Made by a program: the position numbers and the translations under genes
IMG/VR virus record: IMGVR_UViG_3300027714_000005
Strand: one strand, 5' to 3'
DNA from: a virus
DNA: 64,000 nt
The notes under the pieces: model-generated
Seen by the model: the letters and a program-made list of their open reading frames with translations, nothing else
What the model was told of the DNA's origin: nothing
Database searches by the model: none
Shown: positions 19,094 to 28,541 of the stretch, piece after piece
Layout: each line of letters starts with the position of its first letter
Numbering within the stretch: position 1 is the stretch's first letter

Positions 19094-19579
19094 ATGAAGA
19101 TTGTAATTCAAACCCAAGTACGAGAGAACTATGCTGCCCACAACGAGGACTATGTCCAAGGTGTAACGCAGGATTACTGGAAGTACAAAGGCGGTAGAAC
19201 CTTTGTAGTAAACAATGTGACCATTGCACAGTCTCAGGATGACGCCTTCTGGCAGTCCTTAACGGACGCTGTAACAGAGATGAACGAATCCTTTGAGGAG
19301 TATATCCTCAGTAGCGACCTCGTTGATGAGTGCGACTTCGACCTAAGAAACTTCGCCGTCACCCTAGAGAAAGACCTCTTCACCGAAGGGTTTGTTGCAC
19401 TGAGGAAGACCATCAATGGTGAGTACGGTTACATGAGAAAAGAAATACTCAGTAAGTACGAGAGATGGTTACAGATTGGTGGCGAACAGAAGGACTATTC
19501 CAGTTCGTTCGAATTCGTCAACGGTAAGATTCTTCCGTATAAAGAGTCGTGTGATTACCTGAAGGAGTTAGCGGCATGA
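19094..19579 (+). CDS. Hypothetical protein
   Basis: 161-aa ORF, GAGG RBS. Confidence 0.7.
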   Translation: MKIVIQTQVRENYAAHNEDYVQGVTQDYWKYKGGRTFVVNNVTIAQSQDDAFWQSLTDAVTEMNESFEEYILSSDLVDECDFDLRNFAVTLEKDLFTEGFVALRKTINGEYGYMRKEILSKYERWLQIGGEQKDYSSSFEFVNGKILPYKESCDYLKELAA

Positions 19580-19866
19580 ATGTCCCGAACGGTCTTGCGA
19601 GACTTATAAAAGGTGGTTGTACCATTGAGAAAAACGACATGGACTATGTGAATGGATTCCAACTCGTTTACAAATTTGATAATGATTATGGTGCGTCCGT
19701 AGTTAAACATGATTTCTCGTATGGCGGAAAGAAAGGCCTATATGAGGTTGCGGTGCTTGACAATGAAGGCGACCTGTGTTATACTACACCCATAACGGAC
19801 AATGTTCTTGGTTATCAAAACATTGGTCAGGTAGAACAAATACTTGCGGAGATATCACATCTATGA
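19576..19866 (+). CDS. Hypothetical phage protein
   Basis: F.NDYGASVV..SYGG..GLYEVAVL motif common in phage small proteins; ATGA overlap. Confidence 0.7.
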   Translation: MNVPNGLARLIKGGCTIEKNDMDYVNGFQLVYKFDNDYGASVVKHDFSYGGKKGLYEVAVLDNEGDLCYTTPITDNVLGYQNIGQVEQILAEISHL

Positions 19867-20414
19867 ATATATTCCACTTAGATAACGACCCTATTGTTGC
19901 CGCACAGATGATGTGTGACAAACACGTCTGTAAGATGGTCACTGAGTACGGCCAAATGTTGTCTACTGCACATCGTGTACTAGACGGTGAGTTGTACATA
20001 GACAAGACCAAGAATGGTCGTAACATCAAACGATGGAGAGTGCCAGGCGATTGTCGAGAACGAGACTTGTACAAGGCATCTCATGTCAATCACCCGTCCA
20101 ACATATGGACACGTGAGAATGAAGCGAACTACCGATGGTTGTTCAAACACTTCCAAGCAACTGCGAAGGAGTATGAGAAACGATACGGACGTGTACACAT
20201 GACCTATGATAAACTAGGTGGTTATGTATGGTTTGCACCACGTAATATAAATTTAGTCGGAAGACTTACAAAATTCGCACAAGCAATGCCTGAGTATTGC
20301 AAACGTGAAGACCCAGTAGAAGCATACCGTTTCTACTACATAAAAGAAAAGGTAGACTTTGCAAGATGGAAGAATACCGAAACCCCAATATGGTTTAAGG
20401 AAGGAGTAGCATAA
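19863..20414 (+). CDS. Pyrimidine-dimer DNA glycosylase-like (DenV-related) protein
   Basis: MNIF.LD.DP..AAQ..CDKHV.KM..E..QMLSTAH, H.NHP..W, QAMP, AYR.YY...K. Confidence 0.7.
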   Translation: MNIFHLDNDPIVAAQMMCDKHVCKMVTEYGQMLSTAHRVLDGELYIDKTKNGRNIKRWRVPGDCRERDLYKASHVNHPSNIWTRENEANYRWLFKHFQATAKEYEKRYGRVHMTYDKLGGYVWFAPRNINLVGRLTKFAQAMPEYCKREDPVEAYRFYYIKEKVDFARWKNTETPIWFKEGVA

Positions 20415-20620
20415 TGCACGACATCAATGATTATGATCGCAAACGTGAACATCGTTTTTGTAATCAGTGGACATCGGAAAGAGAGTTCTGGTTGACCCCA
20501 TCTATTAGTATTAGTTTATATGATGGATTCTGCCTAGATATTTCGTTCTTGTGTTTCAAGTACTACACCTTTTTAAACTACAATAGGAAAAATGATAATG
20601 GAGAACAATATGACTTATGA
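20414..20620 (+). CDS. Hypothetical protein
   Basis: 68-aa ORF coupled by TAATG, GGAG RBS. Confidence 0.55.
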   Translation: MHDINDYDRKREHRFCNQWTSEREFWLTPSISISLYDGFCLDISFLCFKYYTFLNYNRKNDNGEQYDL

Positions 20621-20864
20621 AGAAATTGTTAACACCCTACGCCTAGGTGTAGTAAACTTGTCGTTCACTAAAGTGAAAGATAATGCAGTACGTGAAATGA
20701 GAGCAACTCTGGTGGAAGATATGATTCCGGTAGACAAGATGCCTAAGACAGATGCAAACGCAAACACTGAGAAGAACCAACTCGCAGTACGTGTGTTCGA
20801 TCTGGATGTATCAGACTGGCGTTCATTTCGTGTTGATTCGCTCTTGACTTTTAACACTCTATAA
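20610..20864 (+). CDS. SH3/WYL_2-like beta-barrel protein
   Basis: V..SFTK......REM.ATL, VFDLD..WRSFR.D. Confidence 0.7.
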   Translation: MTYEEIVNTLRLGVVNLSFTKVKDNAVREMRATLVEDMIPVDKMPKTDANANTEKNQLAVRVFDLDVSDWRSFRVDSLLTFNTL

Positions 20865-20882
20865 AGTATACTATATAATACT

Positions 20883-21506
20883 ATGGTCACTAAAAAACTT
20901 ACATCAGCGCAGAAGGCAAAGGCAACCAGAGAGGCGAAGAAACTCGCCTCTTTGAAAGAACTTGGTTTCGAACGCAAGAAAGTTAAACGTAAACGCAAAC
21001 CGATGTCTGATGCACAGAAGGCTGCAGCGACAGAACGTCTTGCGAAGGCACGTGAAGCGAGAGGGGCGGACGGTAGTAAGTCAGTACATGAAGACTTACG
21101 AAACCAACCTGAAGATCATTTTCTACACTGGAAGAAAGTTAAGGAGTGGTTGAAAGCAAACCAACTTGAACTGAAAGGAATGTCGATGTTCAAGGACTCT
21201 AAGGTCTCTAAGGAAAGAGGACAATATATCGACCTAGAAGTTTACATATCCAACATGAAGAAGTATCTCAGTGGTGGTATATGGAGTGACTTTAGGTATG
21301 GTGAGAAACGAGAATCTCGTATCATGACCGTCTGTACTACTATGGCATACTATGATGATGGTAGACCTAAGAGAAGTTACGGGACTTGGTATCCAGATAT
21401 AGCAACAACTTGGACTAGAGAGTTGGAAGCTGAGTTCGGAACTCAGATATATTCCCCTATTAATAATGAAGAAGTTGAAGAAGAGGATATTGTCGATGAG
21501 AGTTGA
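20883..21506 (+). CDS. Hypothetical protein with basic N-terminus
   Basis: 207-aa ORF upstream of gp33. Confidence 0.7.
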   Translation: MVTKKLTSAQKAKATREAKKLASLKELGFERKKVKRKRKPMSDAQKAAATERLAKAREARGADGSKSVHEDLRNQPEDHFLHWKKVKEWLKANQLELKGMSMFKDSKVSKERGQYIDLEVYISNMKKYLSGGIWSDFRYGEKRESRIMTVCTTMAYYDDGRPKRSYGTWYPDIATTWTRELEAEFGTQIYSPINNEEVEEEDIVDES

Positions 21507-21768
21507 GTTTCAAATGGGTGGAGTAGATTCCTCGCAAGAAGAGTCTAGTTTCATGAACAGAAAGAAGTTTACCCGTATGGTAGAAGATACGGTACGATAC
21601 AAGTCAATGAATTACATTGATGCCGTTGTTTATCTCTGTGAAGATAACAACTTAGAGATTGAGGATATCAAGAAGTATATCGCGGTATCCATCAAGGAGA
21701 AGATTGAGTTGGAAGCTATGAATCTTAATTTTCTTGAAAAAGGTGAAAGATTGCCAAGTGATAAATAA
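21496..21768 (+). CDS. gp33: Late transcription coactivator gp33
   Basis: F...VE..V......YIDAVV.LCE.N.LE.E.I..YI...IKEKIE.EA..LNFL; adjacent to gp32. Confidence 0.8.
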   Translation: MRVEFQMGGVDSSQEESSFMNRKKFTRMVEDTVRYKSMNYIDAVVYLCEDNNLEIEDIKKYIAVSIKEKIELEAMNLNFLEKGERLPSDK

Positions 21769-21772
21769 TAGC

Positions 21773-21801
21773 TTGACTTTCTTTCTTTATTATGATACAA
21801 T
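21773..21801 (+). promoter_or_regulatory. Sigma70-type promoter for gp32
   Basis: TTGACT-17 nt-TACAAT with TG extension. Confidence 0.7.
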
Positions 21802-21831
21802 GCATACACTTAATACAAATAATACAACCAA

Positions 21832-21839
21832 TATAAATA
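21832..21839 (+). promoter_or_regulatory. T4-type late promoter for gp32
   Basis: TATAAATA 16 nt before ATG. Confidence 0.65.
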
Positions 21840-21855
21840 ATACCGGAGTAATACA

Positions 21856-22782
21856 ATGTCTTTTGCAAACCTAAAATCTAATTCCCTTGACGTGTCGAAG
21901 TTGGCAGCAGCCGCTCAACAAGTCGGTGGGGGAACACAAACTAAAAACAAGTACGAAGATTTACGATTCTGGAAACCAACTGTTGATGATAACGGTAACG
22001 GTTTCGCACAGATTCGTTTCCTTCCTGCCGCTGAAGGTCAAGAACTTCCGTGGGTTCGATACTTCGATCACTTCTTTAAAGGGCCTACTGGTCAATGGTA
22101 CGTTGAGAAGTCTCTGACTACTCTTAACGGACAGAACGACCCAGTGAGTGAGTATAACTCACGTCTTTGGAACAGTGGTATCGATGAAGACAAAGAAGTC
22201 GCACGTAAACAAAAACGTAGACTACACTATGTCGCAAATGTCATGGTAGTATCTGACCCATCCAATCCTGCCAATGAAGGTAAAGTATTCCTTTACGACT
22301 TCGGTAAGAAAATCTTTGATAAGATTATGGATGTGATGCAACCACAGTTTCCAGGCGAGACACCTGTAAACCCATTCGATTTCTGGAACGGTGCTGATTT
22401 CCAGTTAAAGATTCGCAATGTCGCGGGATACCGCAACTATGACAAATCAGAGTTTAAAGGAGTAACTTCGTTCTTAGATGCGGATGAAACTAAACTTGAG
22501 TCAACTTATAATCAGTTGCATGATATGACAGAGTTTGTTGCAGAGTCTTCGTATAAGTCTTACGATGAACTGAAAGCACGTTTAGAAGTAGTACTTGGTC
22601 AAGCAACTGGTGCTGGTGCAACAGTTAAGAATGATATGTTATCTCAGACTGCTGAGAGTGTACCTTGGAAGTCTTCGGAACCAACCGTAGTGTCTAACAC
22701 TGCCCCAGAACCTACGATTGCTGCGACAGGAAATGAAGATGATACCTTGTCATACTTCGCGAAACTCGCTGCTGAAGACTAG
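21856..22782 (+). CDS. gp32: Single-stranded DNA-binding protein gp32
   Basis: D.RFWKP..D..GNG.A.IRFLP, YDFGKKIFDKI, NPFDFW.GADF.LKIR, YRNYDKSEF, acidic tail DDTLSYFAKLAAED. Confidence 0.97.
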   Translation: MSFANLKSNSLDVSKLAAAAQQVGGGTQTKNKYEDLRFWKPTVDDNGNGFAQIRFLPAAEGQELPWVRYFDHFFKGPTGQWYVEKSLTTLNGQNDPVSEYNSRLWNSGIDEDKEVARKQKRRLHYVANVMVVSDPSNPANEGKVFLYDFGKKIFDKIMDVMQPQFPGETPVNPFDFWNGADFQLKIRNVAGYRNYDKSEFKGVTSFLDADETKLESTYNQLHDMTEFVAESSYKSYDELKARLEVVLGQATGAGATVKNDMLSQTAESVPWKSSEPTVVSNTAPEPTIAATGNEDDTLSYFAKLAAED

Positions 22783-22820
22783 GAAAGAATCCTTGCCTTA
22801 GGATAAACCGTTATGGTTAT

Positions 22821-22846
22821 AGGGTCTCTTCGGAGACCCTTTTTTT
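22821..22846 (+). terminator. Rho-independent terminator with cUUCGg tetraloop
   Basis: AGGGTCTC-TTCG-GAGACCCT followed by T-run, between convergent genes. Confidence 0.92.
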
Positions 22847-23048
22847 ATCTGTCGTAAACTGTTGTTGACTCGTTCACTTTCTTGGGGATACAATAGGCTG
22901 TTACCATTGTGTTATGATGAATGTTCTTATGTTGTCCATGAACAAGGGCATGGGCATAGTCATTACACACATGAATACTACGGAAATACATATCTTGAGA
23001 TATGATATCCCCCTGCACCATTACCATAAGTAGGAATGCGTGTATCAA
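22845..23048 (-). CDS. Hypothetical protein
   Basis: 67-aa ORF overlapping the tape-measure stop. Confidence 0.55.
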   Translation of the reverse strand: MIHAFLLMVMVQGDIISQDMYFRSIHVCNDYAHALVHGQHKNIHHNTMVTAYCIPKKVNESTTVYDR

Positions 23049-24640
23049 CCAAATGCCACTCGATCTAGGTCATCTGTAGCCGGAGACGCATCACCATACA
23101 CTGCACTACTCTGAGAGTTGTTAGTAGTGGTTGGTGCACTTATGTTCTGTACTGCAAGATTACCACCACCTGATGCCGACATATTTTCAACGTCATTTCT
23201 ACCAGTGGATAATGCTTCCAACTTACGACCACTCCTACCTGATCTTTCCATTGGTATAGTTGGGATGGTTGAAAGTTGAGACTCTTTCTCCTCGGTGTTA
23301 ATTTTGCTGACTTTTACAGTTAACTCTGGAATCTCACTTTGACTAACTTTCTGTGCAACAGGTAACTCTGGAATCTCACTGGTGCCGACTTCACCTTTAC
23401 TCAGTCTTTCTGCCTTTACCTTCTCTTGCTTCTCATACACAGATGCCTTGAACTTCTCTGCTCCATTAGTATCCATCAATTCTGCGTTTTCAAGGTTCTT
23501 GACAAAATCTGGTACTTTAATACCCAATTTCTCTAATAGTCCACCACCTAAACCTGCCAACTTCTGTGCTATTTTAATAAAGAAGTTGCCAACAACAGCA
23601 AGTCCATCTTTCATATGTTCGACACCTAACAACATAACATCGAACACACTATCAAAACCTAGTGCATTTTTGACTTTGTTTAGTAATAATGCGATACCCG
23701 CAATTGCGAGACCGACTCCAATAATAATAGGGAGGAAAGGTGCAAGTGCAAACGACATAGAGGCAACGGCAGTCATCAATGCGGGAACCAATGTGCCCAT
23801 TGTAAACACAGTTATTGCTAAGTATCCGGCTCGCAGGAACTTAACTGCCGTACCAAGTTTCGATAATACACCAGTCACCATACTCATCAAACCTTTACCA
23901 GTAGCAATCATTCCTAACTGTAGTGCAAGGAGACCTGCACGTACTATTTTAACCGCATTAATGATTTTGATGAAGACAAAACCGGCAAGGAAGGCACCAC
24001 TGAGTAGTACAAAACCGTTCATTATCTCTTTAAAGTTATTACTGATGAATGGAAACACGGTCTCTTTGAAGAAAGTAAAAATGCCTTCAGTAGCAGGAAG
24101 TATCTTCTCTTTGACAAATTTCTTGATACTATCAAAGTTCTTTATCATTACACTGAATACTTTAACACCAACAATACCAAGAGCAAGTTTAGCAAGTTTC
24201 ATGAGAAAAGAAGGGGTCTTGATTGGGCCACCAATCTCTTTCTTTCCATCAGCAAATTTTTCACCAACAGACTTATTTGCCTCTGCCTCTTTAGCGACTT
24301 CCTTTGCGTCCATTTTGTCTTGTTTTGATTGCAGTCTATCAGCAACTCTTGCTGCATTGGTATCATCTAGTGTAGCTATTTGAACCATTGTCTGTGATTT
24401 AATCAGGTCACCAAAAGCAGCCACCTGTAATTCTTGAGCAGCACGTTCATCACCCTCTGCCTTTGCTAATGACACAAGTTCAAGATTTGTTTGATGTGAT
24501 TCGGCAGCATTCTTTGCCAGTTCAGCATTCTTAGCAGTTAATAGTCGTAACGCAGCTAGACTCTCGGTATCAATCCTAATACCTTCTTCCAGTAGCGCTT
24601 CTTCTCTTTCTGCTTTTACTTGGTCTTCTCTTTTTGCCAT
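23045..24640 (-). CDS. Probable tape measure / baseplate hub protein (gp29-like)
   Basis: 531 aa, helical with central hydrophobic segments and an N/S/T-rich C-terminus; directly downstream of gp26/gp51. Confidence 0.65.
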   Translation of the reverse strand: MAKREDQVKAEREEALLEEGIRIDTESLAALRLLTAKNAELAKNAAESHQTNLELVSLAKAEGDERAAQELQVAAFGDLIKSQTMVQIATLDDTNAARVADRLQSKQDKMDAKEVAKEAEANKSVGEKFADGKKEIGGPIKTPSFLMKLAKLALGIVGVKVFSVMIKNFDSIKKFVKEKILPATEGIFTFFKETVFPFISNNFKEIMNGFVLLSGAFLAGFVFIKIINAVKIVRAGLLALQLGMIATGKGLMSMVTGVLSKLGTAVKFLRAGYLAITVFTMGTLVPALMTAVASMSFALAPFLPIIIGVGLAIAGIALLLNKVKNALGFDSVFDVMLLGVEHMKDGLAVVGNFFIKIAQKLAGLGGGLLEKLGIKVPDFVKNLENAELMDTNGAEKFKASVYEKQEKVKAERLSKGEVGTSEIPELPVAQKVSQSEIPELTVKVSKINTEEKESQLSTIPTIPMERSGRSGRKLEALSTGRNDVENMSASGGGNLAVQNISAPTTTNNSQSSAVYGDASPATDDLDRVAFG

Positions 24641-24652
24641 GTCTGTCCCATT

Positions 24653-24841
24653 TTACTTACGTTGTTGTTCTTCGTGTCTTTGTTTCTCCTCCTCTAACCA
24701 TTGTTCTAGGAGGGTTACATAAATCTGCCTCTCCCACGGCATCATGTTGTCAAGTTCAGTTAACGAATAACTGTAGTTGTGCATCATAAAGAAGTTAGTC
24801 TTATAGTGATTTACAAGACTATCGTGCGAGAGGTTTAGGAA
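24653..24841 (-). CDS. gp51: gp51-like baseplate hub assembly protein; first ATG at 24787, coding region likely entered by -1 frameshift from gp26
   Basis: Manually translated FLNLSHDSLVNHYKTNFFMMHNYSYSLTELDNMMPWERQIYVTLLEQWLEEE.. Confidence 0.75.
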   Translation of the reverse strand, partial: FLNLSHDSLVNHYKTNFFMMHNYSYSLTELDNMMPWERQIYVTLLEQWLEEEKQRHEEQQRK

Positions 24842-25551
24842 AAAAAATCTTGTAGTCCTTTCAGTTCGTGTTCATTCTCTTTATCACATTTTCCACAAGT
24901 CCACTTGACATCCAATGCTAAAGATGGAATGTGACTCAAGAACTCTCCGAGTTTATCAAACTGTTGTCTGGTCATCGAGTCAATAAAATCTTTTACTTCT
25001 TTTACTGGTAAATCTTTGATGATAACTCGTTCATCTGGGGTCAACACTGCTTCAATGGACTTTGCCAACATAGTGAAACCAAATTCTACGGACTCATCAT
25101 CACCTTGTTTATAGTTATTAACCACTTCACCATATGCAGGGTATTTCATCTCAACCGAAATGTCTTCTGAGAGTTCAATGAGTGATTGGTTATCGGTCAT
25201 CTCGACCTTTGCATTCATGACATTAATAGTAACTTCAGTCTTGTGGCCACACTCCTCGTCATTACACGAGATGGAAATGTCTGAAGTCTCACCTACGGAT
25301 CGTCCACGAATCTGTGTGAACATATACTCAACATCAAATGTTGTCAGTGATTTAACATTTGTGTTACTTTCAACACAAGCATCAATGGTCTTCGCCATCA
25401 CTTCCATCATCTGTTGTTGATCACCAGTCTCGTTGGCAATCATCATTTGTTTTTCTTCTTTGACCAAATAGGGTCGGTATGTTACTTCTTCCCCAGTTGA
25501 TGGTACTGTCAGTCTATAGGTGTTGGTTACGTTTAACTTAGGTAATGCCAT
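24835..25551 (-). CDS. gp26: Baseplate hub assembly protein gp26
   Basis: MALPKL..TY.LTVPSTGE.V.YRPYLVKEEK, FDVEY.F..IR..SVGE, MKYP, L.GLQDFF. Confidence 0.9.
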   Translation of the reverse strand: MALPKLNVTNTYRLTVPSTGEEVTYRPYLVKEEKQMMIANETGDQQQMMEVMAKTIDACVESNTNVKSLTTFDVEYMFTQIRGRSVGETSDISISCNDEECGHKTEVTINVMNAKVEMTDNQSLIELSEDISVEMKYPAYGEVVNNYKQGDDESVEFGFTMLAKSIEAVLTPDERVIIKDLPVKEVKDFIDSMTRQQFDKLGEFLSHIPSLALDVKWTCGKCDKENEHELKGLQDFFS

Positions 25552-25575
25552 TATATTCTCTCTAATAATAATATG

Positions 25576-26277
25576 TTATAAAAACTTTCTAATCAGTTCG
25601 CCTGCGAGACCTTCAATAAATCCAGTATCTTTTGCGTCACCGCCTTTGGACTTCCAGTTCTTGTATGATAGTTGTACCGTCACTTCAAGTAACTGTCCGT
25701 CATCACTCAGATCAATTGCAACTAATGAAGTTGGGTATGCTTTATCTAGGACTATTGTATATGTGATATCGTCACCGAATATCAAATTTAAATCTAACTC
25801 ACCTTGTGCAAGGTCAATCGGCCCTAGTCTGGGTAATCTTGAACGTAACGATGAAGGAATCTTACCAGCATCGTATAGTTGTGTTTTCTTAATGGGGAAA
25901 GATGTACCCCTCTTAATGTGTTGAATGATTACTGGATGGGTGTACTCGTTAAAGTATCCCACTTCGTGAGTCTCTTGGTTGACCGCAAGGTTTTGCCAAA
26001 TCTCAAAGTATCTCCGTATCTTCATATCATTAAGACAATGGAATGTCAGGGTAACGTCTTCGATTGCGTGACCGTATGCTGTCTTACTTGTTTCTAAACC
26101 AATAGTTCGTTCGGTAGATAGTATTTGTCGGCCGGGCAGTGATGTTGCCTTACACAACAGGTTCATCTCTCGTGCGTCACCTGTTAACGGTGGTAGGAAA
26201 ATCTTAAACAGATTCCCCATTGCCATGCCACCACCTTTACCAATCTGTGACTTGAATTCATCGATACGTGCTACCAT
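25576..26277 (-). CDS. Tail-tube-fold baseplate protein (gp54-like)
   Basis: LLCKATSLPGR, TLTF, YFE.WQ, AYPTS, VTVQLSYKNW; position between gp2 and gp26. Confidence 0.65.
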   Translation of the reverse strand: MVARIDEFKSQIGKGGGMAMGNLFKIFLPPLTGDAREMNLLCKATSLPGRQILSTERTIGLETSKTAYGHAIEDVTLTFHCLNDMKIRRYFEIWQNLAVNQETHEVGYFNEYTHPVIIQHIKRGTSFPIKKTQLYDAGKIPSSLRSRLPRLGPIDLAQGELDLNLIFGDDITYTIVLDKAYPTSLVAIDLSDDGQLLEVTVQLSYKNWKSKGGDAKDTGFIEGLAGELIRKFL

Positions 26278-26870
26278 TAACCTTTACCTATCTTTTGTCT
26301 TGAATCGTAGAACACCTTCTGAGAGTTTGCCTTACGGAACTGTGCGGTTGGTAAGAATGTTGCAATCTCCCACTCAGGTTGTGGTACTTCCGCAAACTTA
26401 CTCTTGACGTGTGCATTCAAGTAATGTTTGAAACATGGTTCGTAGTATCGCAACTTCGCAATACTCTGTAATTTCTTATAGTTGATAGCAAACTTTGCAT
26501 CTTCGTTTTTATTACTAGCAGAAGTCTCCATCAACGCATCCAACATCTTTGCACGAAGGATAGGTGGAAGGTAGTGAAGGTTCAATCCATAAAACCCACC
26601 CTTTGCAGGGCCAACAACAATAACCAAGGGAAACAAATCGTAATACGGAAGTGTGTCCTTAGTCTTGGGGTCATAGAAGAACATCTGCATTGTTCCCACA
26701 ACACCACTCTTTGTACGACTCTTTAGTTGTTCCTCTTTCATCAATGCTTCACGATTGATGGAACGCATATTAGATGCTTTCTTTTGGAACCACTCACGAC
26801 TTTCCTTAGTACGGGGAGTTACTCCCGCACGGAATGCTTGTAGTTCTAGTCTGTTGAATATATTACTCAT
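26277..26870 (-). CDS. gp2: DNA end protector protein gp2
   Basis: MFFYDPKTKDTLPYYDLFPL, GLNLHYLP, CFKHYL..HV.S, W..A.FLPT.QF. Confidence 0.93.
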   Translation of the reverse strand: MSNIFNRLELQAFRAGVTPRTKESREWFQKKASNMRSINREALMKEEQLKSRTKSGVVGTMQMFFYDPKTKDTLPYYDLFPLVIVVGPAKGGFYGLNLHYLPPILRAKMLDALMETSASNKNEDAKFAINYKKLQSIAKLRYYEPCFKHYLNAHVKSKFAEVPQPEWEIATFLPTAQFRKANSQKVFYDSRQKIGKG

Positions 26871-26875
26871 AGTTC

Positions 26876-26883
26876 TATTTATA
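26876..26883 (-). promoter_or_regulatory. T4-type late promoter for gp2
   Basis: TATAAATA on - strand just upstream of 26870. Confidence 0.7.
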
Positions 26884-26884
26884 C

Positions 26885-27394
26885 TTATTTTTTACGTTTC
26901 TTACGAAAAGGTTTTAAAGTTTTACCTAAAGGTTTCAACGGTTTGGTTGACTTAGGAATGATACTCTTCAGAGGTTCGTTCTTCTCCGTCCATATAACAA
27001 ACTTCCATCCACGTTCCTCTGCGTACTCCCTTGCGGCATCCCACTTATTTATATTCTTAACATAGGTAAAACTTTCGGTTAGATATCGTCTGGTGTTCTT
27101 ACTACCAGTCGGTATCCTAGTCTCCTTGTCTGGTTTGATCTCTACCAAGAAAGTCCTACCACTGGCCATCACCAACTTCATGTCCATAAAATATCTATGA
27201 TAACGCTTGTCAACCTCATATAAGTATGGTATAATGACTTCTTCGGATGACCACTTTACTACGTCAGGGTTACCATCTGCCCACTTGAATGCGTGTTTCT
27301 CCCACCCAGACCTATAGGTGACCTTTGTATGATCTCCCTCGTACTTCGATGGATTCTTTACGGTGTATATACCAGAATGTGTTTTAAATGCCAT
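26885..27394 (-). CDS. gp4: Head completion nuclease gp4
   Basis: KNPSKY.GD....YRSGWE, WSSEE..IPY, HRYF.D, LVEIKP, N..KW.AA. Confidence 0.93.
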   Translation of the reverse strand: MAFKTHSGIYTVKNPSKYEGDHTKVTYRSGWEKHAFKWADGNPDVVKWSSEEVIIPYLYEVDKRYHRYFMDMKLVMASGRTFLVEIKPDKETRIPTGSKNTRRYLTESFTYVKNINKWDAAREYAEERGWKFVIWTEKNEPLKSIIPKSTKPLKPLGKTLKPFRKKRKK

Positions 27395-27402
27395 AAAAAC
27401 CT

Positions 27403-27438
27403 TATAAATAAAGATAAATGATTTACAACCTATTTATA
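27403..27438. promoter_or_regulatory. Pair of oppositely oriented late promoters (gp48 on +, gp4 on -)
   Basis: TATAAATA at 27403-27410 (+) and TATTTATA at 27431-27438 (-). Confidence 0.75.
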
Positions 27439-27449
27439 GAGAAAATAAA

Positions 27450-28541
27450 ATGCCTGATAACATATACGATGCCAAAGTCGGAGACAAGTTAACTCCAGCA
27501 CAAATAATCCAAGCAACGAAAGGTGAGACTCAGGGCACTGCAACAGAACCCGAAGGTGTGATAGCGAACAAGAACAAAAAGAACTTGGAATATCCGTTAA
27601 ACAATCCAGATGATTATAAAGGTAGAATCGTCTTTAATGTCATGAAAGACGCAGAGACTGACCTAGGTAATGTCGTGGGTGCTCTTACAGGTTTTATTAA
27701 AAAGACTTTAAACCCTGATGATGAAGCTCCAGATGGTAGTGCTATTGAAGAGACAACTGGTGCAAATCCTGAAGACATGGTAAAGGGTGTTTCGGCTCAT
27801 AAAGGTACTGAGACCACTACGCAAACTATTATAGCACCCAAACCACTCACCCCACTTGACAGACAGGTATCACTGTACCTTCCTGTAGGTTTGCAGTACC
27901 GTGACAATGTCGCATACGAAAATATGGACATCGGTGGTATGGGTGCTGGTGTTGAGTCGGGATTGAAAACTGGTTCTGGTGCTATAAATGCTTTAATTGA
28001 CGGTGGACTGAAAACTCTTACTGCGGGACTTTCCGGTTCTGCTAATAAGAATGTCGCAAAGATTGCTACTGTCAAACTTGCGTCCGCATTACCAGATGAA
28101 ATTGCGGGTGCATTTAAGTCTGCGGCCGGTGTGACATCAAATCCTAACACACGTGTATTGTTCAAGTCGGTTTCATTACGAGAGTTTGCATTTGCGTTTA
28201 AGTTCATTGCGACTTCTCCGAAGGAAGCAACGGAGATCAAGGAAATCATCAAACTCTTCCGAACAGAACTGTACCCCGAAAACATTAACCTACCCGTTGC
28301 GGGTAGTAATATATCTATTGGTTATCGTTTCCCTAATAAGTTTCAAATCGAAATTGAATATAATGGAGAAGAGATTGCGACTAAAATCAAACCATGTTAC
28401 CTCCGTGACGTTGGTGTGACTTATAACAACACTGCGATGGCAATGCATAGTGACGGTAACTTCTCTGAGGTAGAGATGACTCTATCATTCCAAGAGACAA
28501 GAACACTCAACAGGAAAGACGTTGAAGAGGACGGATTCTAA
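27450..28541 (+). CDS. gp48: Baseplate tail-tube cap gp48
   Basis: L.YP, SLYLP, NP....LF.....R.F.F.FKF...S..EA..I..II..FR, P..F.I, V.MTLSF.E. Confidence 0.85.
   Translation: MPDNIYDAKVGDKLTPAQIIQATKGETQGTATEPEGVIANKNKKNLEYPLNNPDDYKGRIVFNVMKDAETDLGNVVGALTGFIKKTLNPDDEAPDGSAIEETTGANPEDMVKGVSAHKGTETTTQTIIAPKPLTPLDRQVSLYLPVGLQYRDNVAYENMDIGGMGAGVESGLKTGSGAINALIDGGLKTLTAGLSGSANKNVAKIATVKLASALPDEIAGAFKSAAGVTSNPNTRVLFKSVSLREFAFAFKFIATSPKEATEIKEIIKLFRTELYPENINLPVAGSNISIGYRFPNKFQIEIEYNGEEIATKIKPCYLRDVGVTYNNTAMAMHSDGNFSEVEMTLSFQETRTLNRKDVEEDGF

Noticed and set aside
22785-22820. Small hairpins between the gp32 stop and the terminator as an ncRNA
   Set aside because: Stems of only 4-5 bp; insufficient evidence
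23382-24383. 333-aa + strand ORF and other long antisense ORFs (e.g. 5743-6294, 31588-32283, 47139-47942, 54739-55497, 59410-60108, 61342-61929)
   Set aside because: They are shadows of well-supported genes on the opposite strand, with no recognisable motifs
26885-27394. TnsA-like transposase or mobile endonuclease
   Set aside because: Motifs and position between gp2 and gp48 identify it as core head-completion gp4
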